From Eledone cirrhosa (lineage: Eukaryota), in NCBI GenBank assembly GCA_964016885.1, contig OZ024741.1, forward strand, positions 233,864,001 to 233,928,000: a stretch of DNA of 64,000 bases, written 5' to 3'. The translations under genes were made by a program, and so were the position numbers. The stretch's first letter is position 1; each line of letters starts with the position of its first letter. Shown piece after piece: positions 25,076 through 53,014 of this stretch. The notes under the pieces are model-generated. The model made no database searches and had not been told where the DNA came from. It worked only from the letters and a program-made list of their open reading frames with translations.

Positions 25076-26873
25076 ATCATTATCATCATTTTACGTCCGC
25101 TCTTCCCTGCTTGCAAGGGTGGGACGGGTCTTATTCAGCACAGCATCTCTCCACTTGTCACGGTCCTTCGTCATCTCCACTGTGAGCTTCAGCGATCTGA
25201 GGTCTGTTTTCACCACCTCCGCCTATGTTTTTCGTGGTCTACCTCTACCACGTCTTCCTTCAACTGGCATTTCCTGGCACTTCTTTACCCATAGGTCATC
25301 CTCCATGCGCATCACATGTCCATACCATCTCAGTCTCCTCTCCCGTACACTACATTCTATCCCTTTCAGACACAGTTTCTCTCTCAACACATTCATGCTG
25401 GGTTGTTCACACACATTTACACTGCACATCCAACGGAGCATGCTTGCCTCATTTTTCTCCAGCCGTCGCATATCCTCTGCAGCTGCTGCCCATGTCTCAC
25501 TACCATGCAACATCGCGCTCCTCACACAGGCATCATGTAACTGGCTTTCGTACACAGGGAGAAACCCTTCTTCGTCAACAGAGGAAGCAGCTCCCTAAAC
25601 TTCTTCCAACCAGTCATTCTAGATACTATGGCCTCGGAACCCCCCCCCCCTCCCATCTGATCTCCTAGGTACCTATAGCACCCACCTGCATTTGAAAAAT
25701 GTGTCTATCAATGCGACTTCTACTGTCTAATTTCCCTGTACATCTACTGCATACATATTTCTCCTTACTTGTTAGTTTGCCTGCTATCCCACTACATCTC
25801 TTGTGTACTCAGGATCTGCATTATGTGCATTTTATAGAATTTATTCCAGTTCCTTTTCTGCATATCGAACATGGCCATTTCCCTGACGGAATCAGAGTTT
25901 TGTCCTCTTTTCTACTCATCAACACTTTTGTCTTAGCTATGTTCACTCTCAGTCCTCTTGCTTCCAACTGCTGTTTCCATAGCCAGAATTTTATCCTCTA
26001 CTGATTCTGCTATAAGAACCAGATAGTCAGCATAGAGAAGTTCCCATGGACAACCTGTCTTAAACTCCTCTGTTATGGCTTGGAGGACTATAATGAACAA
26101 GAGCGGGCTGAGGATCAAACCTTGATGTACTCCTACTTGTATCTGGAATTCCTCACTAAACTCTATTCCTACCCTGACTTTACTGACAGTACCCCTGTAC
26201 AAAGTTTGCATTGTCCTCACAAGCCATTCCTCAACACCTAGTTTCCTTAGGGACCACCAGATGACAGATCGGGGTACCCTATCAAAAGCCTTCTCTAGGT
26301 CAACAAAGGCTAAGTATAGTGGCTTATTTTTCTCTAAGAACCTCTCTTGCAATTGTCTCACCAAAAAGAGGGCATCTGTTGTACTCTTGCCAGGCACAAA
26401 ACCAAACTGCATCTCATCTAGTTTGACCCTTTCTCTAATTAGTTGTTCTAATATCCTTTGTGCCACTTTCATAACCTAATCTATCAGCTTTATACCCCTA
26501 TAATTGCTCCTCTCCAGAGAATTCCCTTTACCTTTGTAGCAATTTATGAGAATACTGCTGCACCAGTCTTTGGGTATGACACCACCATATATAGCCTGAT
26601 TGATGATGCGTGCAACCAGCTTAGTGCCTACGTCCCCTGATGCCTTCAGCATCTAAGCAATTATTCCCGATGGTCCAGCAGCCTTACCATTTTTCATTTC
26701 CTTAATCGCCTCTTGAACCCTATATTCGTCAATCTCAATAGCTGGTCCCTCTGTCGGATCTACTGAGGGTAATTTCTCTCTGTCCCATTCGTTCTCCACA
26801 TTCATCAGTCTCTCATAATGACATTTCCAGGCCTCCTTTTTCTGATCATTCGTGACACCATGTTCACCGGCAT
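25076..26873 (-). mobile_element. RTE LINE family B, 5'-truncated, degenerate
   Basis: ORFs 25933-26472 (YADY in place of YADD) and 25223-25555; tail at 25076-25090. Confidence 0.93.
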
Positions 26874-27148
26874 ATATATACATATATGTATCTACATATA
26901 TATATATACATATATGTATATATACATATATGTGTATATACATATAAATACATATGTACACATATTTATAAATATACATATATATACACATATATATACA
27001 AATATACATATATATACACATATATACGTATATATATATATGTATATATATGTGTATACGTATATATATGTGTATACGTATATATATGTGTATATATATA
27101 TATATATGTGTATATATATATATATATATATGTGTATATATATATATA

Positions 27149-27179
<31 letters not shown>

Positions 27180-27421
27180 GTGTATATATATATACATATA
27201 TATGTGTATATATATATATATGTGTGTGTATACATATATATATATATATACATACATATATATATATACACATATATATATACACATATATATATACATA
27301 TATATATATATATACACACATATATATATATATACACATATATATACATATATATACACATATATATACATATATATACACATATATATACATATATATA
27401 CACATATATATACATATACAC

Positions 27422-27468
<47 letters not shown>

Positions 27469-27563
27469 TATATATACATATATATATATACATATTTATA
27501 CATATATATATATATACACACACACATATATATATACATATATATATATATACATATTTATAC

Positions 27564-27594
<31 letters not shown>

Positions 27595-27605
27595 TATATA
27601 TATAC

Positions 27606-27670
<65 letters not shown>

Positions 27671-27699
27671 CATATTTATACATATATATCTATATATAT

Positions 27700-27768
<69 letters not shown>

Positions 27769-27770
27769 CA
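26874..27770. repeat. Interrupted (TA)n array
   Basis: TA/CA repeat with an internal TG-type block. Confidence 0.95.
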
Positions 27771-27935
27771 TAATATTATGTATTAATACCAGAAAACTGC
27801 CATAATACTAACTATAAGTGTGCACTCTGTAATGCAATATGCAACCAATCAACTGCACGCTTGTTATCTCATTGAGTGAGTGGGTCATGGCCGGAGGTCG
27901 CTAAAATAAATTCGGGGACTTTCGTATTATATATG

Positions 27936-27968
<33 letters not shown>

Positions 27969-28194
27969 ACATATTATGCATGTATAAACTCCCTTTCATG
28001 GGGCGGGATGAATTGTAAACCATTTAGATGTGACAGTACAAAGTTGTAAGAAAACATACACACACACACATACAATAATTTGGTGATGTTTACAAATTAT
28101 ATGTTAATACCTCACTACAGCTGGCAATATATGTTAGGAAGGTGTATATGCAGACACATACATGCATACATACACCCCTGAAATACACACGTAC

Positions 28195-28272
<78 letters not shown>

Positions 28273-30519
28273 AGTTATTTGGTTTGTTGATTATATATAT
28301 ACATAGATACATATATATATGATGTTAAGATGCCCTTGGTAGGTACACCGGACTATTTACTTATACTGTAACATATATAACATAAATACTCGCACTTATT
28401 AAATATTGGATACATTATATATACACATTATGTGTGTATATTCACATAACGTGTGTGTGTGCGTGTACATATAGATACACACACAGATGAATGTTAGGAA
28501 CACACCTTCATATAATATTATAGACAGACAGATGTTGCCAAGATGCTACAGATATGCTTACCCACTCTTGATATCCATTCAACTTGTATTCCACCCACGA
28601 CCACCGCCACTAACCTCCATCCTCCACTAAATGCCATGCGACACATAGATGGCTATCTCTTTTCAACCACTCGTCCGTCCGTCTGTTGTTACGCGTGCCC
28701 GGCTGTCTGCGACTAGGTGTGAACAGGGTGGAGGATGAGGAGAGAAGTGTATGAGAGGGGAGACAAGCTGATAGAGGGGCATAACGACCACCAAATCTCT
28801 GTCACCAACATGGTCACTCAACTTGTTAGAAAAAGCCAGCAAGGCTCCCACAAATCTCTTCTGACTAATCTTTTTAAACATAAACATGAGAGGATGCATT
28901 ATGCAATGTAATAATTCATGCGTCCAATGTCTATAAAAAAAAAAGGCACGATTACGTCTGGAAGGCTTTTGATTAAATAACAACTACTACATCCAAACAG
29001 AAACTACTATTTTCTCAACTTACACTAAAACTGCCAACGACCCACTTCAACCACGATTTTTGTACAGCTCTACCCCTCGAAAGAATGTCAGACACGATGT
29101 GAACTCTTAGCTACCATGTCCAACACAATATATAACAATTACGCACACCACTTACAGTAGCTAATGGTAGTGATAGGTGGGACAAACGTATAAGCTCACT
29201 CTCACCCTTTCTCTTTCACTATCCACACGCGCGCGCGCGCACGTGTGTGTGTGATTTAACTTTTCCATTTTAAAATTCGCATCCTCCCAGCTTCTCCCCT
29301 TATTATTTCTGTCTGTCTGTGCGTCTAATTTAACAGTTCCAGTTACATCTTGCTGTCAACGCGCTAACAGAATCCCTGTAAACTTACTATACTGACTATT
29401 TCTCTCTCACCCAGACACACACAGATCTATATGTGTGCGTGTATATTTTCGAAAAAGTCTCCAAGTTGTTCATTTTCTCAAAGTCCTTCTCCTGCTTGAA
29501 TATATGGAATATATATTGCCGATGGCTGGGTCTTTGAATTTGCTAATTTTCCCAGCTCTTGAATTTGAATAAAATGGTGCTTTTCTTCCTTTGAAGCCCT
29601 AATCATGTGCTTATTTTACTTAATGGTTAAAGCCAGCACTGAGGGAGATTTAGTTGCTATTTCTAACACGTTGAATGACTATGTACAGGCTCCCTTAGAC
29701 AAGAAAAATATATGAACTATAGTATGTTGCTGGTGAAAAAATGGGGATGCAATGGGGATTTTGTCAGTAAGGCCAACATAGGGTTTCAGTTATAAGCATC
29801 AGTGATATTGTCATTATGGTTAACATAGAGGTCAATTGTTGTAAAGATCAGGGACACTGTCATTATGGTCAACAGAGTCTAGCAGTAATTTGATACTCTC
29901 TGCAATAGGGTTTCATTTGGTCTATTAAGCAACCACAAAAACTTGAGCTCCAAACAACATAGCAGAGCTGTTTCTCTTTATCTCAGGTTGGCGCCAGTGG
30001 TCTGGAAAGACTGGACAAATTGAGGTTAAATGAAATAAGTTTTTCTTTAAGTCATTGGTTTCTCGGAAGATGAGGACATACTTCGAGTTGCTCAAGCAGT
30101 AGAAAGATGTAACATTTAGCCAAATACTCCGACCCAGTCAATAAAGGTCAGATTATCCGGTTAGATTATCATTACGTTCACGCAAACCAACATAACACAC
30201 AATCACTCGTTCTTTGTTGTTTTCCTGTTCTTATCGACAACAGCTTTGAAGTAAGCTATTTTCTTAATAAAAATTCATTATGTAGCGACCATGTCTTACT
30301 TGTTCATCCCGCAGCATTTTCTTTACAGCGCTTATATATGGGACAATTTTTATCTGATGCATAATCACTCAGCAATAATTACTACCACAAACTCTGCCAT
30401 CCTCAAATGAACAACAAACAAACCAATTCGCTCAATCACTTCATCCACTCAACAACATTGAACTGCGCTACAAACAAACATCAACAACTCACTATCCACT
30501 TCTACTACATCTCTTTTGT

Positions 30520-30760
30520 TGCACATTGTCATTGTGGTCAACAGAGGAATTAAGGACATTGTGTACATAACAGGGATCAAGGACACTGTGTACAACAGAA
30601 GATTCAAGGATATTGTGAGAATAGTTTAGTTAACGGGGGGGGGGGGGTGTCAATGATTCTGTGAGGTCAATATAGGGGTCAAAGACATTGTGTAGTCAAC
30701 AGAGGGGTCATCGATATTGTGAGTGTAGTCAACAGAGTGATCTCTGTTGACCACTACAAA
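30520..30760. repeat. Degenerate ~27-33-bp tandem repeat (GACATTGT...GTCAACAGAGGG.TCAA)
   Basis: Several units here and related units at about 29755-29880. Confidence 0.55.
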
Positions 30761-30799
30761 ACAGCCCTTTTCCAGCACAGTCTCCATCCATTTGTTGCC

Positions 30800-31190
30800 A
30801 AGCTCAGTCTTTCTTACACATTTATATTGCGCATCCAACAAAACTAAACTGCTACATTTCTCTCTAGTTTACGCATGTCCTCTGCAGTCACAGCCAATGT
30901 TTCACTACCATGCAGCATCGCAATTTATTCACAGGCATCATACAGTCCTCCTTTTGTACATAGGTAGAAACCTTTTGTAATCAACAGTGGAAGTAGCTCC
31001 CTAAACTTTTTCCATCCTATCCTTATTCTAGCTATTAAAACTCTCAGAGCACCCTCCTCTGTTGCAAATTAAGTCACCTAAATAGCAGAAGCTATCAAAC
31101 ATTTCCTCGAAACCTTCCTGTGACTTGAAAAGGTTTATATCACTGGTGCTCTTCTCCCCGATTACGCCTGTGCATTTTCTACATATATTT
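30800..31190 (-). mobile_element. Old RTE relic (RT C-terminal region)
   Basis: Minus strand encodes DSFCYLGD...[19 protein letters not shown]. Confidence 0.8.
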
Positions 31191-31202
31191 ATAAATAGAT
31201 CA

Positions 31203-31460
31203 AATCATCATTTTACGTCCGCTTTTCCCTGCTTACAAGGGTGAAACAGGAACTGATTCTGACTTGATTTCTACAGTTGGATGCCCTTCCGAACACCAAC
31301 CTCATTTACAGTGAGTGCTGGGTGCTTTTTTGCCGTGGCACCTCCACGACCACTTTGCAGTGAGTACTGGGTGCTTTTTGTTGTGAACCTACACAACCAT
31401 TTTACAGTGTGGGCCTGGTGCTTTTTCTCATGTCGCCATCACGACCACTTTACACAGTGT
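31203..31460 (-). mobile_element. SINE 3' part with RTE-B-type tail and internal repeats
   Basis: Matches 17270-17480 and 11758-11880. Confidence 0.8.
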
Positions 31461-31559
31461 GGGCTAGAGGCTTCACTGGACATATGCTACAGCCTGTCCT
31501 CATGGGAGATGTATGGGAGGGTGGTGCATACTATATAAATGCTTCAGCTTCAGCCTGTG

Positions 31560-31795
31560 CCAAGGGGACAGAGTCTTCTCTATTACTGCAGTACGCCTGA
31601 GATCTGGGTCCTGTCCCCTAGTCTTTGAGAGGTGCAATTGGGCAAGGTCAGCTTTTACCACCTCATCCCAAGTCTTCCTGGGTCTCCCCACTCCAAGGCT
31701 CCCAACGATTTTGAGCACTCTGCACATTTTTATACAGCTGTCATCCTTCATATGCATCACATGTCCATACCAATGCAATCTCCTCTCTCAGCTTG
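31560..31795 (-). mobile_element. Old RTE relic (C-terminus)
   Basis: ORF 31500-31778 WYGHVM...GRPRKTW. Confidence 0.85.
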
Positions 31796-31858
31796 TTTAT
31801 GCTTTGCAGTTCACGTATACAATCAACACCCACATATTCACAAATCGCCATTAACGGA

Positions 31859-32149
31859 TTCACCTATTTGCCAAACTGTCAGAGCTAGTGAAAATATATG
31901 CTATTTTCAAAAATACTCAATGACTGATCGACCTGATTTGCATATAAGCAGACTGGCCATTTATCGCTCGTATACAGGAAACTGACTGGCCAGTCTGCTG
32001 ATATGCAAATCTGGCTGATCAGTGGATCTGCTAATATGCAGATCTGACTGATCAGCCAGTCTGCTAATATGCAATTCAGGCTGATCAGTCACTGTGTATT
32101 ATTGAAAATAGCATATATTTTCACCACCTCTGACAGTTTGTCAGGTGAA
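31859..32149. repeat. ~290-bp imperfect palindrome with internal GTCTGCT.ATATGCA units
   Basis: 31859-31957 is inverted at about 32055-32149. Confidence 0.8.
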
Positions 32150-32155
32150 CAGTGA

Positions 32156-32200
32156 GCTGTACTGATGAAGGGTGATACCCAGAAACACTAGTGTCTGGGG
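32156..32200 (+). ncRNA. Hammerhead motif with canonical core, weak stem I
   Basis: CTGATGA-a-GGGT(gat)ACCC-a-GAAAC-ACTAGT-GTC. Confidence 0.65.
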
Positions 32201-32334
32201 GTTAGATCGTATGCCAACATAAGAGCAAGAATGAAGTGTTCATTCTACTGACATGGCTATAAAATTGAGGCTTATTTGCATAATTGCAAACGACTCGAAT
32301 CTTATTATTAATATTAGAAAAACCCAGATTACAT

Positions 32335-33913
<1,579 letters not shown>

Positions 33914-34055
33914 TAGATAAATCTACCAAGAATATGCATGCCAATTCTAACACATATATATCCTAGAAACGATCGTTAAATAATGAACTTTTTTTGTTTA
34001 ATATAAGGAACTGTTTCATTGTTTTATTCATTATTTTTTTAATATATATATATAT

Positions 34056-37000
34056 TGGAGTTGGTACCATAAATGTAGGCACCCTAAAGGGTCGCGCTAA
34101 CGAGGTTGTAGAAATGCTTGAACGAAAGGAGGTCGATGTTTGTTGTATTCAAGAGACCAGGTGGAGGGGTGGGTCTGCTAGGTTCATTGAGGGTAAAAAA
34201 CGATGTTATAAGCTTTTCTGGGTGGGAAACGACGATGGGCTGGGTGGAGTAGGATTCATGGTAGCAGAAAAGTGGGCAGATAAGATAATAGACGTAAATA
34301 GAGTGAACGACAGAATAATTAAAATACGACTTGTCCTCAATAGAACTACGGTGACAGTAATATCTGCGTACGCACCCCAATCCGGACTGCCCGGCACTAT
34401 AAAAGACAGATTCTATGAGACACTGATGCTAACTACCTCCCAAATATCCGACAGTGACTATATAATTATCGCAGGCGACCTAAATGGTCACGTTGGACAA
34501 CATTGTGACGGCTACGACGAAATCCATGGAGGCTATGGGTTTGGTACTAGAAATGAGGAAGGCGCCAGAATCCTGGAATTCTGTGATGCAAATAACCTAA
34601 CTATCTGTAACACTAACTTCAAAAAACGTGACAATCACCTGATCACCTATAGATCCGGGGAACACACAAGCCAGGTAGATTATATCCTTACCAGAAGACG
34701 TGACAGAGTGTCTGTTGTTAACACTAAATCCCTCCCCCATGAAGAATGCACCTCCCAACATAGACTGATAATTAGCGACCTCATAGTCAGGACGAGACGT
34801 ACTCGACAACAGAAGAGGACTATCCTCAGGAGGAAAATATGGAAGCTAAAGGACCCCACAGCCAGGAATAAATTTCAAAGCATATTACTTGATGCTTTCG
34901 ACAGTAAGGAAGAACATTTAGAGTCGGACAATATAGAGGGAGAGTGGGAATTTCTGAAAGCAAACCTGCTGTTGGCGACAGACGAGGTCTGTGGCTGGAG
35001 CAGGCCTGTAGGCAGGAGGAGAGTAACATGGTGGTGGAACAGTAAGGTGGAGGGGTCAATTAAGGCCAAAAAGCAGGCTTGGAAAGTATGGCGGGATGGG
35101 GGAAGTAGAGAGGACTATCAAGTGGCCAGGAGGGAAGCTAGGAGACAAGTGTACTTAGCAAGAAGGGAAGCTGAGGAAAGAAAGTTCAAGCATGTTCTAC
35201 AACGCGATGACCAAAAACGTGAGGTGTTCAGGATTGCTAGGCAATGCGTCAAGGAAAACCGTGATATTGTCGGGGAGAAGTGTGTACTAAACGACGATGG
35301 CACACTTGCCATCACCGACGCTGATAAGAAGGTAGCTTGGAAGTGTCACTATGAAAGGCTACTAAATGAGGAGAATAATTGGGAGAAAGGCAGTCTCCCC
35401 CATATCGACCCAATAGAGGGACCAGCAGTGTTAGTCGAGGGGAGTATAATAAGTAAGGCAATCAAGGATATGAAGACTGGTAAGGCGGCTGGGCCTTCGG
35501 AAATAGTTGCTGAGATGCTGAAGGCATCTGGCACGGTGGGACACACCATGGTCACCCGCATAGTTAACCAAGTCGTACAGAATGGGGTTGTTCCGAAGGA
35601 ATGGCATAGCAGCATCATCGTTAACTGTTATAAGGGTAAAGGAGACGCCCTAGATAGGAGTAACTATAGAGGCATTAAATTAATCGACCAGGTCATGAAG
35701 GTCACGGAAAAAGTAATAGCGCAACTAATCAGAGAGAGAATTGACCTAGATGAAATGCAGTTCGGGTTTGTGTCAGGCAAAAGTACCACAGACGCTCTTT
35801 TCATAGTACGACAACTACAGGAGAAGTACCTAGCTAAAGGTAAACCCCTCTACTTAGCTTTTGTCGACTTGGAGAAAGCCTTCGACAGAGTCCCCCGCTC
35901 CATTATCTGGTGGGCTCTTAGAAAACTAGGCGTTGACGAATGGCTTGTGAGGGCTACACAAGCCATGTATAAAGAAACAGTCAGCAAGGTTAGAATTAAC
36001 AACGAATATAGTGAAGAGTTTAGCGTAAAAGTTGGCGTCCATCAGGGCTCTGTTCTCAGTCCACTACTATTTATTATTGCCCTTCAGGCTATAACAGAGG
36101 AGTTCAAGACAGGCTGCCCATGGGAACTCCTATACGCAGACGACCTGACACTCATAGCGGAATCAATGGCCGAGCTAGAGAAGAAATTCCAAACATGGAA
36201 GCACGGCCTAGAGTCAAAAGGACTTAAAATTAACCTGGCTAAGACCAAAGTACTAGTTTGTAGGAAAGAAAACAAGGCGGGGGTCCCTTCTGGGAAATGG
36301 TCGTGCTCGGTGTGTAGGAAAGGCGTAGGTAGAAACTGGAAATGGTCGTGCTCGGTGTGTAGGAAAGGCGTAGGTAGAAACTCCATTTTATGTCCTAAAT
36401 GCAAAGTATGGGTGCATAAAAGATGTAGTGGGATCACAGGTAAGCTAACTAAGAACATAGATTTTACATGTGGCCGGTGCTCTGGTGCAATAAGTAGCAG
36501 CAAGTGCCCACAAAATACTAGCTCTTTCAATTGCGCAGAGGGTTCTATAGAAATAGTGGACAGCTTCCGTTACCCCTGGGGCGATAAAATCAGCAGTGGG
36601 GGAGGGTGCTCTGAAAGTACTGTAGCTAGAGTCAGAACTGGTTGGAAAAAGTTCAGAGAGCTTATACCACTATTAGCTGCTAAAGGGTTCTCACTAAAAA
36701 TGAAAGGCAGGTTGTACGATGCCTGCATACGAACAGCAATGCTGCATGGCAGTGAGACCTGGGCATTGTGTGCAGAGGATATACGCAGACTAGAGAGGAA
36801 CGAAGCTTGCATGCTCCGCTGGATGTGTAACAGTAATATACGTGAACGGCAAAGCATAAACGAACTAAGGAAAAAATTAGAGATAAGAGGGATCAGATGT
36901 TGTTTACTCGAGAGAAGGCTACGTTGGTATGGACACGTGATGCGCATGAAAGTCGATAGCTGTATAACAAAGTGCAGGGCAATAAAGATAGACGGTAGTC

Positions 37001-37534
37001 ACGGAATAGGCAGACCTAGAAAAACCTGGGACGAGCTGATAAACTCCGACATCACACACTTACACCTCTCCAAGACAATGTCACTGGACCGAGACCTTTG
37101 GCGGTACTCAGTAACAGAGAAAACCCGCCTTACCTAAATATATAGTAAACCTACTCCAGCCAGTAGGCATCTCTAACAAAATACACCCCGTCCCACCACC
37201 ACCACCCCCACCCGATCCACACCACCCCGTTCTATGTAAAGTTATGTTGGTGCCGCGCCATCGAGGCCGAAACAAATGAGATCGTGTAGGTGTCACGACA
37301 AAAAAACACACAGTCCACGCTGTAATGTGGCCGTGTAGGCAGCACGGGTAAAACCTCCCAGACCCACACTGTAAATGTGATTGGTGTTAGGAAGGGCATC
37401 CAACTGTAGAAACATGCCAGACAGTCCTATGCGAGCAAGACAATCACTCTTGCCTCAAGTGGGACTACCCCCGTCCAAACCCATGCAAGCATGGAACACG
37501 GACGTTAAACGTTGATGATGATGATGATGATGAT
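34056..37534 (+). mobile_element. RTE LINE family A, almost complete (lacks 5'UTR and native start)
   Basis: Begins at the first APE motif directly after (AT)n; 3'UTR and (TGA)n tail. Confidence 0.97.
34058..37137 (+). CDS. Uninterrupted APE-RT polyprotein frame with PHD-like insertion
   Basis: Element-derived part of the 1047-aa ORF; APE and RT catalytic motifs (QETRW, GDLN, QVDY, SQH, YADD) present; first ~21 aa of the tracked ORF come from flanking DNA. Confidence 0.85.
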
Positions 37535-38920
<1,386 letters not shown>

Positions 38921-39230
38921 AACTTTGAATAACTTTGAATAACTTTGAATAACTTTGAATAACTTTGAAATGTTTTGGCCAGTATTGGCCCAGGCCATGT
39001 CTAACTTAATAGCACCACCTGGCGAAGTCTTTCAATTCAGGATTTGGGCACCATGGCCCATTCGAGAAGAGAATTACTGTTTGCGGAGACATATCCGGGT
39101 GTGGGTGGTTTGTCCGGGATTACTTGAGGAATTTGTCCAAAGACTTCTTGGAATTTTGTGTGGTCAGTTTCTGTTTTGACGTGTCCTGGTGTGTGATGTT
39201 GAAGAGAGCAGGGCCGATTGAGGTGAAATA
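38921..39230 (-). mobile_element. CR1-type LINE 3' end with 10-bp tandem tail
   Basis: Reverse complement of about 49424-49703; about five copies of AACTTTGAAT. Confidence 0.92.
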
Positions 39231-47948
<8,718 letters not shown>

Positions 47949-49701
47949 GTTTTCAGCAATCCTGATATGGCCGATCTGGGCTGTATCGGCGATGTTACTC
48001 CCCATTACACCTTATCGGACATAACGTTTGGCGCCCCTGATGTCTTGGCGGCAATAAAGGAAATCAAGCATAATTCAGCAGTAGGTCCCGATAGGTTCCC
48101 TGCTTGTGTCTTGAAGGCGTGTCAACACCAACTTGCTTCTCCTCTTGCCAATCTGTGGCGGAACTCACTGGATGCTGGATATGTGCCAGAAAACCTTCTA
48201 TCCCAGTCTGTTGTCCCAGTTTTCAAAAAGGGAAACAAATCCCTTGCCGTGAATTACCGTCCAATCTCACTCACCTCTCATATCATTAAGGTATTTGAGC
48301 GAGTGGTGAGATCGCGAATGACCCACTTCCTTGAGAGTAACAATATGCTGAACTCCAACCAGCATGGATTCCGTAATGGAAGGGATTGCCTGACGCAACT
48401 ACTGCATCACTTTGATGACATTTTGAGAGCCTTGGGAGAGGGTTCCAACACTGATGTTATCTACCTTGATTTCAGCAAGGCCTTTGACAGGGTTGATCAT
48501 AACATTCTACTGAGAAAGCTGTCCAATATTGGTGTCACTGGAAAGCTGCTGCAGTGGATCAAGAGCTTCCTGTCAAACAGAACCCAACATGTTGTAGTTG
48601 AGGGAGTCAAATCAAGCCCAGCCAAAGTCAGTAGTGGAGTCCCACAAGGCACTGTGTTGGGCCCACTTCTCTTCATCATCTATATTAATGACATCACTGA
48701 CATCATCAAACACAGCAACATTAAAATTTTCGCTGATGATTCCAAGCTCCAAAAGGTCATCAATGGCGTGGATGACCGGATAAGCCTTCAGTCAGACCTA
48801 CTGGCTGTTACCCAATGGGCAGAAAAGAACAACATGTTACTGAACGAAGATAAATTCGAACTGATCCACTTTGGAAAAGAGGATGCTCTGAAACTCCCGT
48901 ACTCCCTTCCCTCCGGGGAAACTCTCGTGGCATCTAACAACATCAGAGACTTGGGAGTAACCGTGGACAGCAACATAAGCTGGACCACGCATATAAGCAG
49001 CAAAGTTGACATGGCCCGCAGAATGTGTTCCTGGATCCTCAGAACCTTCCAGTCGAGAGATTCCCGCACCATTATCCTTCTCTTCTCTACTTTCGCCCGA
49101 CCACACCTTGAATACTGTTGTCCACTGTGGTCTCCCCACACGAAACAAAGTATCATGAAACTTGAAGCTCCTCAAAGGGCAATCACGAAAAAGATAGATG
49201 GCATGTCAGACCTTGACTACTGGGGTCGATTGGAAAACCTGAAACTTTACTCACTCCAACGTCGCCGTGAGCGTTATATTATCTGCATGATGTGGAAAAT
49301 GTTCCATCATCACTGCCCAAATGATGTTGGCATCGCCTTCAAGATACACCCAAGGCTTGGGCCCCGTGCTATCCGTCCCATTCAAAAATCTAAATCGCAA
49401 CTCATAACAACAATACGGCACAATTATTTCACCTCAATCGGCCCTGCTCTCTTCAACATCACACCAGGACACGTCAAAACAGAAACTGACCACACAAAAT
49501 TCAAGAAGTCTTTGGACAAATTCCTCCAAGTAATCCCGGACAAACCACCCACACCCGGATATGTCTCCGCAAACAGTAATTCTCTTCTCGAATGGGCCAT
49601 GGTGCCCAAATCCTGAATTGAAAGACTTCGCCAGGTGGTGCTATTAAGTTAGACATGGCCTGGGCCAATACTGGCCAAAACATTTCAAAGTTATTCAAAG
49701 T

Positions 49702-49703
<2 letters not shown>
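47949..49703 (+). mobile_element. CR1-type LINE, 5'-truncated (no endonuclease)
   Basis: RT ORF plus ~85-bp 3'UTR ending TTCAAAGTTATTCAAAGTTA. Confidence 0.93.
47967..49616 (+). CDS. CR1-like reverse transcriptase, intact frame
   Basis: [55 protein letters not shown]. Confidence 0.9.
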   Translation: MADLGCIGDVTPHYTLSDITFGAPDVLAAIKEIKHNSAVGPDRFPACVLKACQHQLASPLANLWRNSLDAGYVPENLLSQSVVPVFKKGNKSLAVNYRPISLTSHIIKVFERVVRSRMTHFLESNNMLNSNQHGFRNGRDCLTQLLHHFDDILRALGEGSNTDVIYLDFSKAFDRVDHNILLRKLSNIGVTGKLLQWIKSFLSNRTQHVVVEGVKSSPAKVSSGVPQGTVLGPLLFIIYINDITDIIKHSNIKIFADDSKLQKVINGVDDRISLQSDLLAVTQWAEKNNMLLNEDKFELIHFGKEDALKLPYSLPSGETLVASNNIRDLGVTVDSNISWTTHISSKVDMARRMCSWILRTFQSRDSRTIILLFSTFARPHLEYCCPLWSPHTKQSIMKLEAPQRAITKKIDGMSDLDYWGRLENLKLYSLQRRRERYIICMMWKMFHHHCPNDVGIAFKIHPRLGPRAIRPIQKSKSQLITTIRHNYFTSIGPALFNITPGHVKTETDHTKFKKSLDKFLQVIPDKPPTPGYVSANSNSLLEWAMVPKS

Positions 49704-52515
<2,812 letters not shown>

Positions 52516-52584
52516 AAAAAGGGATGAAATCGAAAATGCAACTGAAGTCTTATTTTTTTTAAAAATATATATATTTATTTGGTT

Positions 52585-52622
52585 CCTTTACCGGTTTCGC
52601 AGTTCTTCTGCTTTTCAAAAGG
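52585..52622 (-). ncRNA. Minimal hammerhead, inverted pLTR copy
   Basis: Reverse complement of 56642-56679. Confidence 0.8.
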
Positions 52623-53014
52623 TGAGTTGAGATGGAGGGTCTGTGGTTTTTCTCACATCTGGTTGGACTCTAAATGTTATTTGTTTTATATGGAAAAAGT
52701 GGCTCGAAAGCCAGGTTTCTCGAGAAGTAATTTGATTGGTTTGTCAATAATTATAATAAATTTCGCGCCAGTTCGCGTTACAATAGTTCTTCAAATAAGA
52801 GATGGGGGGGGGGGGGGGTCACAGGTTGTTTTTTCATATATGAGTGTTTGAATTTCTTTTTACTTGAAAAAATGAGGCTCACGAAGGCTTTTTTTTTGGT
52901 TGGTTATAAATGAAATTTGGCTGTCACGTGAACAAGTTTTCATTACATTTTTGCGCCCTTATTTGGAAAACTATTCTGTAGTCTTTATAGTGAATGTTAT
53001 GACAATGGAGAGAT

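Noticed and set aside
27770-30520. Longest non-satellite, non-LINE stretch, including ORF 28663-28983
   Set aside because: No recognisable protein motif or convincing exon; probably decayed repeats or intronic/intergenic DNA
33915-33985. GAAAC-GATC-GTT palindromic stem III-like motif
   Set aside because: No recognisable CUGANGA or UUGANAA core upstream
38921-38970. CRISPR-like or telomeric interpretation of short tandem repeats
   Set aside because: No spacers and no TTAGGG arrays; this is a LINE tail
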